From positions 1,760,001-1,824,000 of the forward strand of contig CBDFJG010000004.1 in the NCBI GenBank assembly GCA_965248445.1: a stretch of DNA of 64,000 bases, in the 5' to 3' direction. Position 1 is the first letter of the stretch. Each line of letters begins with the position of its first letter. The notes below the pieces were generated by a model. That model was not told where the DNA came from. It saw nothing but the letters and a program-made list of their open reading frames with translations, and made no database searches. Source of the stretch: Planctomycetota bacterium. Its GTDB lineage: Bacteria > Planctomycetota > JAJSAM01 > JAJVHW01. A program made the translations under genes and the position numbers. Positions 1-9,841 of the stretch are shown here, piece after piece.

Positions 1-2332
1 CGATCCTGCGTTCGTCCGCACGGCGCAGGTGCGCGAGCGCCCCCGCCACGTCCCCGTCCCGCAGTGCCACGCGGGCCAGGTTGCGCGGGCCGTCGGGTTT
101 CTCGGGGACGAACGCGTCCACCGTCTCGAACGCGATCCGTGCGGTGACGGTGTCCCCCTGCAGCAGCGCGCCGATGCCCCAGTCGTTCCAGCGCACCCAC
201 GCTTCGGCTGCTCCGTTGGGGGCCACCGGCAGCTCGCCCCCACCCGAGACCGGCAGATCGACCGTGGACGTCGCCAGATCGGTGACCGGGAAGTCGGGCA
301 CCGGCCTCCCGGCCATCACACGGGCATACGTATACTCCGTGTACTTGCGGTTGAACTTCCGCCAGCGCAGCCGCGCCTCCACACGCAACGCCCGTGGCGC
401 CTCGTCCTGCGGGACAGAGAAGGCGAAGCGGACCAGATCGGCCGTGCCCGGCCCGATCGTGTTCACGTGCACCGGCGCCCGGAAGTCCGAGGGGTTGCGC
501 CGGTCGGCCTCGACGCCGTCCTCGTCCACGAACACGACGCGATAGAAGTGTGCGTCAGTGTCCACGTACCTCGTGTCGGCGTCGAGCGCACCGCTCTCGA
601 ACAACACGCGGCTCGCGTCGTCCGCGTCGCTGATGCGCAGGTGGATCCACGACTCGTTGCTGTCGAGCGTGCCGCCGGGGAAGGTGTGCCCGTTCCCGGC
701 ATTGCGCACCACGACGTGCAGTTCGACGTTCTCGCCGGGCGCCACGGGGACCGGGCGGAGATCCGGCGCGGAGACTGGAGCGCTGCCGTCCCGGCGCACC
801 GCGAAGACATCGAGGCGCAGCGAGTCCTGCACGAACTTCTCCTTGTCGCGCAGACCCTCTTCGTCGCCGATCAGATGCGAGATCGCTGTGTTCGGACCGA
901 GGAACAGGTGCGACCGGACCATGCCGTCTTTCGCCGCCAGATCTCCGAGAGTCGCGGGGACGCGGGGCATGTGGCAGTCCTGACAAGAACGCGCTTTCTC
1001 GGGGAGGTAGAACGTGCGCGCGGCGTTGCGCGACACGCCCGAGTCGTGCCACGCGTCGTACTCGTCCTGACCGCGCAGCCAGCGATAGCCGTTGACCGGC
1101 TTGTCGAGCGAGACCTTGTGGCACGTCGCGCAGAACTCCGACTTGCGGTGCAGCGGCACGAGCATCTGGCGCTTGTGCACATCGGGCTTGGCCCTGATCA
1201 ACAGTTCGTGGATCTCGGCGAGCACGCCCGTCTTCGCGCCCGCGAACAGGTACGGGTCCGGCGCGTCGTCCGCGACGATGTAGTTTCCGTTGCCGACGAC
1301 GCCGTGCGCGCCGTCGATGGCGTGGCACGCCAGGCACGTGAGCCCGGCCTGCGACTCGGGCACGGTCGGATCGACCTCGTCCATCCACTTGCCGGTCAGC
1401 ATGACCGCCGGATCGTGACATCCGGCGCACCACTGCGAACGGCGCCGTCCGTCGTCCTCGGCTCGCAGATCCTCGATCGCAGCGCGGTAGAACGGGTTGT
1501 TGAACGAGGAGTAGCGGTGCACGGACCGCGACCACTGCTCGGTCACGTCTGGATGGCACGTCGCGCAACTGGCCGAGCCGAGCGCCGTCCCCTTCACGAA
1601 GCCGAACTCCTCGAGTTCCGCGGCGTGCTGCGCGGGGTCGAGCAGGTCGCCGTCGACGAGCAGGCGTCCGGGCAGCGCGCCGCCCGTTCGCGTGCGTGTG
1701 GCCGCGGGGAAGAAGATGTTGTCGGGGTCGCCGCCTGCCGGCCCCTCCGGCGGCCAGTAGTCGCGCCACGGGTCGATGCCGTCGCCCGCATTCGGCGCCG
1801 GCAGCGGTGGACGCGGCGCCTCGCCGGGGTGCGTCGCGTAGTGCACGCCCAGGAAACCGAGCGTCAGCGCGATCGGCACGCCCACGCCAATCCACTTCGC
1901 GCGTCTGGAGGGCTTGTGGTGCGAGATCAGCCGGTGCGCGGCGAACACTGCGGGCACGAGCAGAGCCAGCACGCGGTGCGACTGGAAGAACACCGCGTTG
2001 TCCGCGCTGTTCGCCTTCTCCTTGATGAAGATCCCCGTGACCGCCAGCCCCACCATGGCGACCGTGAGTCCGATGCCGGTCCAGATCGCGCGGCGGTTCC
2101 GCATCGCCAGCGCGCGCTTCATGTGCCACACGATGAACCAGGCCATCGGGGCCAGGATCAGCAGCCCCACCACGACGTGGAGCACCAGCATCCACTGGTA
2201 GAACGTGGGCAGCACCGACGCGCGCGGCTGCGTGAGGAACAGGTAGGCGGCATTCCCGATCAGGAATGCGCCCGTCGCCAGCAGGACGACGAGAAGCCGC
2301 CGCTGCCCCGGGGTGAGGATCGTCCGCGCCAT
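1..2332 (-). CDS. Membrane-anchored multiheme c-type cytochrome with C-terminal TPR-like region (3' end runs off window; absent from ORF track)
   Basis: Manual translation from ATG at 2332 (MARTILTPGQRRLLVVLL...). Several N-terminal TM helices, five CxxCH motifs (CATCH, CAGCH, CLACH, CATCH, CQDCH), GHTFPGG motif, then TPR-like WNDWGIGALLQGD...NLARVAL. No stop before base 1. Confidence 0.85.
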   Translation of the reverse strand, partial: MARTILTPGQRRLLVVLLATGAFLIGNAAYLFLTQPRASVLPTFYQWMLVLHVVVGLLILAPMAWFIVWHMKRALAMRNRRAIWTGIGLTVAMVGLAVTGIFIKEKANSADNAVFFQSHRVLALLVPAVFAAHRLISHHKPSRRAKWIGVGVPIALTLGFLGVHYATHPGEAPRPPLPAPNAGDGIDPWRDYWPPEGPAGGDPDNIFFPAATRTRTGGALPGRLLVDGDLLDPAQHAAELEEFGFVKGTALGSASCATCHPDVTEQWSRSVHRYSSFNNPFYRAAIEDLRAEDDGRRRSQWCAGCHDPAVMLTGKWMDEVDPTVPESQAGLTCLACHAIDGAHGVVGNGNYIVADDAPDPYLFAGAKTGVLAEIHELLIRAKPDVHKRQMLVPLHRKSEFCATCHKVSLDKPVNGYRWLRGQDEYDAWHDSGVSRNAARTFYLPEKARSCQDCHMPRVPATLGDLAAKDGMVRSHLFLGPNTAISHLIGDEEGLRDKEKFVQDSLRLDVFAVRRDGSAPVSAPDLRPVPVAPGENVELHVVVRNAGNGHTFPGGTLDSNESWIHLRISDADDASRVLFESGALDADTRYVDTDAHFYRVVFVDEDGVEADRRNPSDFRAPVHVNTIGPGTADLVRFAFSVPQDEAPRALRVEARLRWRKFNRKYTEYTYARVMAGRPVPDFPVTDLATSTVDLPVSGGGELPVAPNGAAEAWVRWNDWGIGALLQGDTVTARIAFETVDAFVPEKPDGPRNLARVALRDGDVAGALAHLRRADERRI

Positions 2333-2402
2333 GGGCTCAGGTGGAAGATGCCGGAGTGACGGTCAGGCAACGAGCCGAAAGCAGTCCAGCACCGGAATGA
2401 CG

Positions 2403-4289
2403 CTACCGCTTCGCTGCCGAGACTCGTTTCAGCGTCTTCTCGACGTTCTTCGCGCAGCGCGGGGTCCACTCGGCCCACTCGAAGTCGAGGCCGCCGCCGT
2501 CCACGACATTCATGATGCTGCGGGGCGTCTCTTGGTCGTGTCCGTTGCCGCACAGGTGGCCGAGCTCGTGCGCGCCCGTCAGCGCCATGCCCTGGGAGAA
2601 CCCGTCCACGAGCGAGCGCACCTCGCCGTTGCGGATGTTCTCCTCCGCGGAGGTGTCCCACTTGTAGCCGCCGGCCATGTGCGGCCGGTCAGCAGCGGAC
2701 ACGGGCTTCGCGAGCTTGTACTTCGAGTACATGGTGCGCTCGAGGAACGTCGAGAAGACGAGCGCGGTGTTCCCGAACGCCCGCCCCCCCGCCGCCGGAT
2801 CGTCGCCTCCGATGATGACTTCCAGCTTGCGACCGGACGCTGCGTCCGGCGGCGGCTCGGTCGAGAAGCTGACGTTGAACGAGACGCCGGGTATGGCCGT
2901 GCCGTCGGGATTGCGCAGGAACAGGCGGTGCAGCCGCGAGATCATGCGCCCGAGCAGGTCGTCGAGGATGCGCTCCTCGAGGTTCTCCTCGTAGCCCTTC
3001 GTGTTCAGCCCGATCTTGAACATGTCCGTCTCGATCGTGCGCGACTCGCCCTCGCGCCAGTGCACCCACACATGCGTCGTGCCCGGCTCCCACTTGAAAC
3101 GGCTCGCCGAGAAGAAGCCGACGTGCGGGATGCTCTGCACGGGCACGCGCGTCTCCGGACGGCGATGACATGCCCCCATCTTCTCGATCTCGATCGGTGC
3201 CGAGTGCCAGAGTTCGAGTCGTGCGAGACATGCCCAGCCCCACGGCTCGAACACCCGCTTGCCCGCGGCGCCCGGCCTGTTCACGTCGCGCAGCGACGGC
3301 ACGAACTGCTTCATGTCGCCGTCCGCCGCCTCGAACGCGGCGCGCAGCCACAGGCCGATCCGATGCCCGCGCTCGTGGTTCGCGCGGACGCTCAGCTCGG
3401 CCGCCGCGAGCGCATCCACCAGCGGATAGCGCTCGTCCCGCCCGCCGTTTCCTCTGTCATCGAAGAACCGGGTCTCCATCGACCAGGCGGTCTTCGCGCT
3501 TCCCGAGTGGAACGACGGGACCGCCGCGGACGCCGAGCCCTGACCGAGCAGGACCGGGAGCTCCGCCGCGGCATCCGCCTGGAGGGCTAGAAGCGCCTCT
3601 GCACCGGCTGGACCGCCGAAGTACAGGAGGCCGTCGGCGCCGTCCGAGATGTGCTGCGCGAGAGCCGGGCCGTCCAGCGACGACACCTCCACGGGACCGC
3701 GGGGCGTCTGCGCCGCGTGCCGGAAGAAGCTGCACGCAGCGGTCACGTCGACGCCGCGGGGGCTGCCGTCGTGCACGATGAGCGGCTGCATGCTCGCGAG
3801 CGGCTGCATCATGTAGTCCATACCCTGCAGCGCCTCGTCCTGAGGCGCCACGCCTCCGGCCCAGAACACCTCGCGCTTCGGGTCGAGGGATCGCATCGTC
3901 GCCTCGGGAGACGTCACGAGCAGCGGCAGCTTCGCCTTGACGGCCGCAGCTGTGACGGCGGTCGTGCGTCCGTGCGGGAGGTACACCACCAGAAGGCGCG
4001 TGCCGCCCTTCTTCAGCTTGGCAAACGCGGACTTCAGATCGCCGTCTACCGGCAGGTCCCCCTTCGCGAGCGCGAACGCGTCCGGCTCGTCCTCGCTGCC
4101 GGGCAGCCGCGCCGAGATGGCCGGACGGATGCCGAACAGAACTTCGGTTGCCGCCGCCGCGTCCGGACCGTCAGCCGGGGCCAGGAACGTGACCGTGGGC
4201 GGCCCACTGCCCTTCTTGGCGTACCCGTGGGACGGCGCAACGGAGACGACCGCAGCCGCGAGGGCGAGCAGTACGGCCGGGCGCCTCAC
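2403..4289 (-). CDS. Secreted protein: periplasmic-binding-protein-like N-domain fused to a metzincin-type Zn metallopeptidase domain
   Basis: Signal peptide; C-terminal HELGHLCGNGH (HExxHxxGxxH) followed by SIMN Met-turn; N-half has LIVHDGS/ADGLLYFGG segments reminiscent of type I substrate-binding proteins. Confidence 0.65.
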   Translation of the reverse strand: MRRPAVLLALAAAVVSVAPSHGYAKKGSGPPTVTFLAPADGPDAAAATEVLFGIRPAISARLPGSEDEPDAFALAKGDLPVDGDLKSAFAKLKKGGTRLLVVYLPHGRTTAVTAAAVKAKLPLLVTSPEATMRSLDPKREVFWAGGVAPQDEALQGMDYMMQPLASMQPLIVHDGSPRGVDVTAACSFFRHAAQTPRGPVEVSSLDGPALAQHISDGADGLLYFGGPAGAEALLALQADAAAELPVLLGQGSASAAVPSFHSGSAKTAWSMETRFFDDRGNGGRDERYPLVDALAAAELSVRANHERGHRIGLWLRAAFEAADGDMKQFVPSLRDVNRPGAAGKRVFEPWGWACLARLELWHSAPIEIEKMGACHRRPETRVPVQSIPHVGFFSASRFKWEPGTTHVWVHWREGESRTIETDMFKIGLNTKGYEENLEERILDDLLGRMISRLHRLFLRNPDGTAIPGVSFNVSFSTEPPPDAASGRKLEVIIGGDDPAAGGRAFGNTALVFSTFLERTMYSKYKLAKPVSAADRPHMAGGYKWDTSAEENIRNGEVRSLVDGFSQGMALTGAHELGHLCGNGHDQETPRSIMNVVDGGGLDFEWAEWTPRCAKNVEKTLKRVSAAKR

Positions 4290-4681
4290 TCCTCGTCGGC
4301 TGGTTCCGCTTCACGCGTGCGCGCCAGGACGCACGTCACCTCGACGTCCCCCGTGGGAGCCCGATCGAGGTGCGCCAGGTCTTCCGGCCAGTGATATGTG
4401 CGCGACGCATGCCCCGGGGCGCTGATCACGACGTCGAAGCGGGCGTCCGGGTGGAGGTTCTCGACCGCGAAACGGCCGTCGCCGAGCGGCATGAGTAGTG
4501 GCGCAGGACCCTCGTGCACCTGCAAGAAGGCCGACGAGCCGGTCAGGCCGCCGATGCCTCCGGCGATTGCCTCAACGGCGCTGAAGAGCAGCTTGAAGGG
4601 CAGCATGAGCAGCGTCAGCAATGCACATCCGGTCAGGACGGTGGACGCAAGCAGCAGTGTGGGGACGGTGAGGCGGCGCAT
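4286..4681 (-). CDS. Hypothetical lipoprotein/membrane protein
   Basis: MRRLTVPTLLLASTVLTGC lipobox-like start; stop overlaps the start of the next gene; TATCCT 6 nt upstream of the ATG. Confidence 0.6.
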   Translation of the reverse strand: MRRLTVPTLLLASTVLTGCALLTLLMLPFKLLFSAVEAIAGGIGGLTGSSAFLQVHEGPAPLLMPLGDGRFAVENLHPDARFDVVISAPGHASRTYHWPEDLAHLDRAPTGDVEVTCVLARTREAEPADEE

Positions 4682-4747
4682 GCCGTCAGGATACCCCTCG
4701 CAGCGCGTTGAAGAAGCCGGCGGAACGCGGATACCCTCCCGCGACGC

Positions 4748-5029
4748 ATGGCGATCCTGGTCGACTCCGCACGCTGGCCGTTCAAGGGCCGGCGCTTCGC
4801 CCACCTCGTGAGCGACACGAGCCTCGCCGAGTTGCACGCGTTCGCCGCGCGGCTCGGGCTCCCGGATCGCGCGTTCTCGGGCGACCACTACGACATCCCG
4901 GCAGACGTGCGCGAACAGGCCCTTCTGCTGGGCGCCCGAGCGGTGCCGTCGCGCGAGGTCGTGGAGTCGCTTCGCGCGGCCGGACTGCGGCGACGAAAGC
5001 GACCCGCTCGGGACCCCGATCCGGCCTGA
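4748..5029 (+). CDS. DUF4031-like small protein
   Basis: HLVSDTSLAELHAFAARLG...DHYDI pattern typical of this family. Confidence 0.75.
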   Translation: MAILVDSARWPFKGRRFAHLVSDTSLAELHAFAARLGLPDRAFSGDHYDIPADVREQALLLGARAVPSREVVESLRAAGLRRRKRPARDPDPA

Positions 5030-5167
5030 GCGAGCCTGCGCGGGCCTGACCCCGGGGCCGCGCAGGCCCCGACGTGGGCAGCATTTACGTTCATGGGACC
5101 CCCCTCGGGACGGGTAGAATGCCGGGTCGCGTGGCGCCCGGCGTACGCGACCCCCGGAGGACATCCC

Positions 5168-5665
5168 ATGGCCGAAACCACCACCGAGTTCGTAGCCCTC
5201 GAGCGAGCCATCGCACCGTTCGCCGAGGGCTTCTCCGTGCGCAGCGGCAACGACGGGAAGCTCTCCGGCGTGTACCTGTTCCGCAACGGCGGAAAGCAGG
5301 AGATCGGGATCTTTGCCGGGCTTCTGCTCAGCGAGAAGGCCTATCCCCATCTCGACCGGGTCGAGGCCCCCGAGGCCCTGGTGATGGCGTACGTCAAGCC
5401 GCTCCGCGGCAAGGCCCGCGAGGAGCTCGTCGGCGACGAGGAGAGCGTCTTCGAGACTGCCCACCGCACGCTGATGCCTCTGGCCAGCCCCGAGCCGTTC
5501 CAGCTGTTCGAGGACAAGGCGGGCGCACTTCTCCGCACCCGCAGGCTCCCCGAGGGGGCCGAGGAGCTGACCGACCGCCGGCTGCTCGAGTTCTGCCGAG
5601 GCAGCCTGGCTCTGCTGGGCCAGGTTGACCTGCTCGACGAGCTCCGCGAGTACGAGCTGGCCTAG
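5168..5665 (+). CDS. Hypothetical protein
   Basis: GGAGG RBS before ATG 5168; GC3-biased codons; TAGAAT -10-like element near 5115. Confidence 0.65.
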   Translation: MAETTTEFVALERAIAPFAEGFSVRSGNDGKLSGVYLFRNGGKQEIGIFAGLLLSEKAYPHLDRVEAPEALVMAYVKPLRGKAREELVGDEESVFETAHRTLMPLASPEPFQLFEDKAGALLRTRRLPEGAEELTDRRLLEFCRGSLALLGQVDLLDELREYELA

Positions 5666-5770
5666 GCCGCTCATCTCTGGCCCATCTGCTGACGCAGATG
5701 GCGCGATCGCGGCGCCCGTTCATCGGCTGAGCCCTCCGGCCCGATTGCGTGGCGCAAGACGGCCTGTGGT

Positions 5771-5789
5771 CTTGAGACTGAGTCTCGAG
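5771..5789. promoter_or_regulatory. 19-bp 9-1-9 inverted repeat upstream of the suf operon (Fur/Rrf2-like operator candidate)
   Basis: CTTGAGACT-G-AGTCTCGAG with one mismatch; extra half-site CTCAGTCTC at 5800-5808; AT-rich stretch 5811-5843. Confidence 0.5.
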
Positions 5790-5963
5790 CCAGGCTCCGC
5801 TCAGTCTCGGAATGATAGAAATCCGACAAGACTGTATGGTTTTCGGTGATGCCGGGCCCGGGAGACCCGAGAATCAGGGGATGGACGGGGCTTTCGCCCC
5901 TCCGCACCACCGGACACCCAGGAGACGCCGCCGCCCGCGATCGCGGACGAGAGCAGCACACTC

Positions 5964-6725
5964 ATGAGCGAAGACAACCCGACCCCCATCCTCTCCGTCC
6001 GCGACCTGCACGTCGCCGTGGACGGCAAGGAGATCCTGTCAGGCCTCGACCTGACGGTGAACGCGGGCGAGACGCACGCGATCATGGGCCGCAACGGCAG
6101 CGGCAAGAGCACGCTGTCCGCCGCCATCATGGGCCACCCGAACTACGAGGTGACGCAGGGCTCGATCGAGTTCCGCGGCGAGAGCCTCCTCGACCTGCCG
6201 GTCGATGAACGGGCTCGCAAGCGGATCTTCCTGTCGTTCCAGTACCCGATGGCGATCCCCGGCGTCACGGTCGCGAACTTCCTGCGCCACTCCGTGCGCG
6301 CGGTGCGGCCGAACGAGGTCCCCGCCAAGGAGTTCCGCCCGCTCGTCAAGGCGAAGCTCAAGGAGATCGGCGTCGACAACTCGTTCATGACGCGCTACGT
6401 CAACGACGGCTTCTCCGGCGGTGAGAAGAAGCGCCTCGAGATGCTGCAGATGCTGCTGCTCGAGCCGCATCTCGCGATCCTCGACGAGACCGACTCCGGA
6501 CTCGACATCGACGCGCTCAAGGTCGTCGCCGACGCGATCAACTCGCTGCGCGGCGAGAACCGAGCGCAGCTGCTGATCACGCACTACCAGCGCATCCTCG
6601 AATACGTCACCCCGGACCACGTGCACGTGCTGCTCGGCGGCAAGATCGTGCGCAGCGGCGGACCCGAACTCGCACACGAGCTCGAAGCCAAGGGCTACGA
6701 ATGGCTCGAAAAGGAAGCAGCGTAA
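5964..6725 (+). CDS. sufC: Fe-S cluster assembly ATPase SufC
   Basis: GRNGSGKST Walker [10 protein letters not shown] signature, [19 protein letters not shown]. Confidence 0.97.
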   Translation: MSEDNPTPILSVRDLHVAVDGKEILSGLDLTVNAGETHAIMGRNGSGKSTLSAAIMGHPNYEVTQGSIEFRGESLLDLPVDERARKRIFLSFQYPMAIPGVTVANFLRHSVRAVRPNEVPAKEFRPLVKAKLKEIGVDNSFMTRYVNDGFSGGEKKRLEMLQMLLLEPHLAILDETDSGLDIDALKVVADAINSLRGENRAQLLITHYQRILEYVTPDHVHVLLGGKIVRSGGPELAHELEAKGYEWLEKEAA

Positions 6726-8200
6726 TGTCAGACAGCAACACGGACGGCGCGGTTGGAGCGATCACCACGACGGAGCCTCTCAAGGGCGCCGCAGGAGCCG
6801 AGGGCATCAACTCGGACTACGACGAGCGCTACGGCTTCCACGACGACGAGAGCCAGTACGACTTCAAGTCGAAGCGCGGCATCGACCACGAAGTCGTGGA
6901 GATGATCTCGCAGTACAAGAAGGAGCCTGAGTGGATGCGCGAGATGCGCCACAAGGCGCTCGACATCTTCCTCAGCAAGCCGATGCCGCGCTGGGGCAAC
7001 TCCGCGCTTCTCGATGACATCCACTTCGACAACATCCACTACTACGTCCGCGCCTCGGAGCGACAGTCCCAGAACTGGGAGGACGTCCCCGAGTCCGTCA
7101 AGAACACGTTCGAGAAGCTCGGCATCCCCGAGGCCGAACGGAAGTTCCTGGCCGGCGTCACGGCGCAGTACGAGAGCGAGGTCGTTTACCACTCGATCCG
7201 CGAAGACCTCGAGAAGCTCGGCGTCATCTTCACGGACATGGACACCGCCCTGCGCGAGTACGAGGACGTCATTCGCGAGCACTTCGCGACCATCATCCCC
7301 GCCGAGGACAACAAGTTCGCCGCGCTGAACACGGCGGTGTGGTCCGGCGGCTCGTTCGTGTACGTGCCGAAGGGCGTCGAGGTGTCGATCCCGCTGCAGG
7401 CCTACTTCCGGATCAACACGGAGAACATGGGCCAGTTCGAGCGCACGCTGATCATCGCTGACGAGGGCAGCAAGGTGCACTACATCGAGGGCTGTACGGC
7501 CCCGACGTACAGCTCCGACTCGCTGCACTCCGCCGTCGTGGAACTCATCGCCCGCAAGGGTTCGACGATCCGGTACACGACCATCCAGAACTGGTCGAAG
7601 AACGTCTACAACCTGGTCACGAAGCGCGCCGTCGCGCACGAGGACTCACGCGTCGAGTGGATCGACGGCAACCTCGGTTCGAAGCTCACCATGAAGTACC
7701 CGGCCGTCTATCTGGTCGGCGAGCGGGCGCACGCCGAGATCCTCTCGGTCGCGCTGTCGACGTCCGACCAGCACCAGGACGCCGGCTCCAAGGTGATCCA
7801 CGCCGCGCCGAACACGACCTCCGTGGTGACGTCGAAGTCGATCTCGAAGGACGGCGGCCGCGGGACGTACCGCGGGCTCGTCAAGGTCCACAACGGGGCG
7901 CACGGTTCGAAGGTGAACGTCAAGTGCGACGCGCTCATCCTGGACGCACGGTCTCGCTCCGACACCTATCCCACGATGGAGGTGGACGAAGAGCGCGTCG
8001 GCATCGAGCACGAGGCCACCGTGTCGAAGGTCGGCGAGGAGCAGCTCTACTTTCTGATGAGCCGCGGCCTCTCCGAGGAACAGGCGACGCTGCTGATCGT
8101 GAACGGGTTCATCGAACCGTTCACGAAGGAGCTCCCGATGGAGTACGCAGTCGAGTTGAACCGTCTGGTCCAGCTTGAGATGGAGGGATCGATCGGCTGA
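6725..8200 (+). CDS. sufB: Fe-S cluster assembly protein SufB
   Basis: [42 protein letters not shown] coupling with sufC. Confidence 0.97.
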   Translation: MSDSNTDGAVGAITTTEPLKGAAGAEGINSDYDERYGFHDDESQYDFKSKRGIDHEVVEMISQYKKEPEWMREMRHKALDIFLSKPMPRWGNSALLDDIHFDNIHYYVRASERQSQNWEDVPESVKNTFEKLGIPEAERKFLAGVTAQYESEVVYHSIREDLEKLGVIFTDMDTALREYEDVIREHFATIIPAEDNKFAALNTAVWSGGSFVYVPKGVEVSIPLQAYFRINTENMGQFERTLIIADEGSKVHYIEGCTAPTYSSDSLHSAVVELIARKGSTIRYTTIQNWSKNVYNLVTKRAVAHEDSRVEWIDGNLGSKLTMKYPAVYLVGERAHAEILSVALSTSDQHQDAGSKVIHAAPNTTSVVTSKSISKDGGRGTYRGLVKVHNGAHGSKVNVKCDALILDARSRSDTYPTMEVDEERVGIEHEATVSKVGEEQLYFLMSRGLSEEQATLLIVNGFIEPFTKELPMEYAVELNRLVQLEMEGSIG

Positions 8201-8219
8201 CCGCCGAGCGATCAAACCC

Positions 8220-9527
8220 ATGAGCGAGACACTCTTGACCGATGCCCTCCGTGCGGCCGTCGAGCGACGCGCTGCGGACGAGCCCGACTGGATCGCTGCG
8301 GCCCGCAGACGCGCCTTTGCTGCGTACGGCCAGGCATCTCTTCCGGACCGTGTGCAGCACGTCTGGCGCTACACGGACCCCAGGCGCCTGCTGCCCGGAG
8401 ACAGAGTTCCGGAGCGCCCCGAGGCGCAGTTCGGCGACTTGCCGGAGGACTGCAAGGACGGGACGTTCGAGTACCACGCAGGCGTCGCGCTCGCCCTCGA
8501 CGGGCGCGTTCTCCGCGTGGCGCAGGACCCTGAACTGCTCGACAGCGGGATCGCGTTCGGAGACGTGCGCACCCTCGCGGCCGAGTGTCCGGATCGCGTG
8601 CGGCCGCACCTGTTCCGACTGGTGGATCCCGCCGCCGATCTGTTCGAACAGCTCTCCTGCGCGCTGTTCGCAGGTGGCACGTTCCTCGACATCCCGGACG
8701 GCCTGGCGATCGATCGGCCGTTCCACATCGCCCACCGCGTGGGCGGCGACGGCATCGCCGCATCACGATCCGTGGTGACCCTGGGAGAGAATGCCGAGGC
8801 GACGGTCGTGTTCGATCTCGCATCCGGCGAAGACGGCGGGGAGACGCTGCTGCACGAGGGCATCGAGATCCACGTCGGACCGAACTCCCGGCTACGCGTC
8901 GTCTTCGTGCAGGAGCTCGACTCTCGCGCGATCCACGCGCCGGTGATCCGCTGCCGCGTCGATCGCGGCGCACAGCTCGAAACCGTCACCGTGTCCCTCG
9001 GTGGCAGCGTCGTGAAGAGCCGGCAGTCCGTCGAGGTCGCCGGCCGCGGCGCCAGCGTCCGTTCGCTCGGCATCGTCTTCGCGAACCGGCGCCAGCACAT
9101 CGATCACCACACGCTCATGGACCACATCGTCGGCCACGGGTCGAGTGACCTGGACTACCGCACCGTGGTGGCCGACCGCGCCCGCTCGGCCTATACGGGC
9201 AATCTGCGCATCGGTCTCGAGGGCGATCAGTCCAACGCGCATCAGCGCAACCACAACCTGCTCCTCAGCGACCATGCGCGCGCCGACACGATCCCTGAGC
9301 TCGAGATCCTGACTAACGACGTGCAGTGCTCGCACGCCGCAGCCGTCGGTCCGCTGGACGAGGAACTGCTGCACTTCTGTCAGTGTCGCGGGCTCGCGCG
9401 TCCGGACGCGAAGCGCCTCGTGGTGCTCGGGTTCCTCGAGCCAGTCATCTCGCGCGTCCCCGGCGACGCACTCGTCACCCGCGTCCGCGATGCGCTCGCG
9501 CGGCGCCTGGAGGGCGTCCTGCTGTGA
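8220..9527 (+). CDS. sufD: Fe-S cluster assembly protein SufD
   Basis: WRYTD, PELEILTNDVQCSHAAAVG; position after sufB. Confidence 0.92.
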   Translation: MSETLLTDALRAAVERRAADEPDWIAAARRRAFAAYGQASLPDRVQHVWRYTDPRRLLPGDRVPERPEAQFGDLPEDCKDGTFEYHAGVALALDGRVLRVAQDPELLDSGIAFGDVRTLAAECPDRVRPHLFRLVDPAADLFEQLSCALFAGGTFLDIPDGLAIDRPFHIAHRVGGDGIAASRSVVTLGENAEATVVFDLASGEDGGETLLHEGIEIHVGPNSRLRVVFVQELDSRAIHAPVIRCRVDRGAQLETVTVSLGGSVVKSRQSVEVAGRGASVRSLGIVFANRRQHIDHHTLMDHIVGHGSSDLDYRTVVADRARSAYTGNLRIGLEGDQSNAHQRNHNLLLSDHARADTIPELEILTNDVQCSHAAAVGPLDEELLHFCQCRGLARPDAKRLVVLGFLEPVISRVPGDALVTRVRDALARRLEGVLL

Positions 9528-9841
9528 GCCGCCATGTGCTCTGCACGCTGGAGGACCTGCCGCACGGCGCCGTCCGCGTGTTCGAGGTCGGCGGGTTCCG
9601 CGTGGCCGCCGCCCGCGCGGGCGACGCGGTGTTCGCCCTGGAAGACCGCTGCAGCCACGACGACGGCGAGCTGGGCGCGGGGACGCTCCACGAGGACGGC
9701 GAGATCGAATGCCCGCGGCACGGTGGGCGTTTCGACATCCGGAGCGGAAAAGCAACCCAGATGCCCGCGATCGCACCCATCGAGGTGTTCCCCACCGCGA
9801 TCGAAGACGGCGTGATCTACGTCGAGGTGCCCGAGTGGTGA
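9524..9841 (+). CDS. Rieske-type [2Fe-2S] ferredoxin
   Basis: CSH...CPRH Rieske motifs; GTGA overlap with sufD. Confidence 0.9.
   Translation: MSRHVLCTLEDLPHGAVRVFEVGGFRVAAARAGDAVFALEDRCSHDDGELGAGTLHEDGEIECPRHGGRFDIRSGKATQMPAIAPIEVFPTAIEDGVIYVEVPEW

Noticed and set aside
29..2359. 776-aa plus-strand ORF and the many other long Arg/Ala/Pro-rich ORFs (e.g. 24972-26954, 38903-40900, 19786-21555)
   Set aside because: Antisense or off-frame shadows of real genes, expected at high GC; no motifs.
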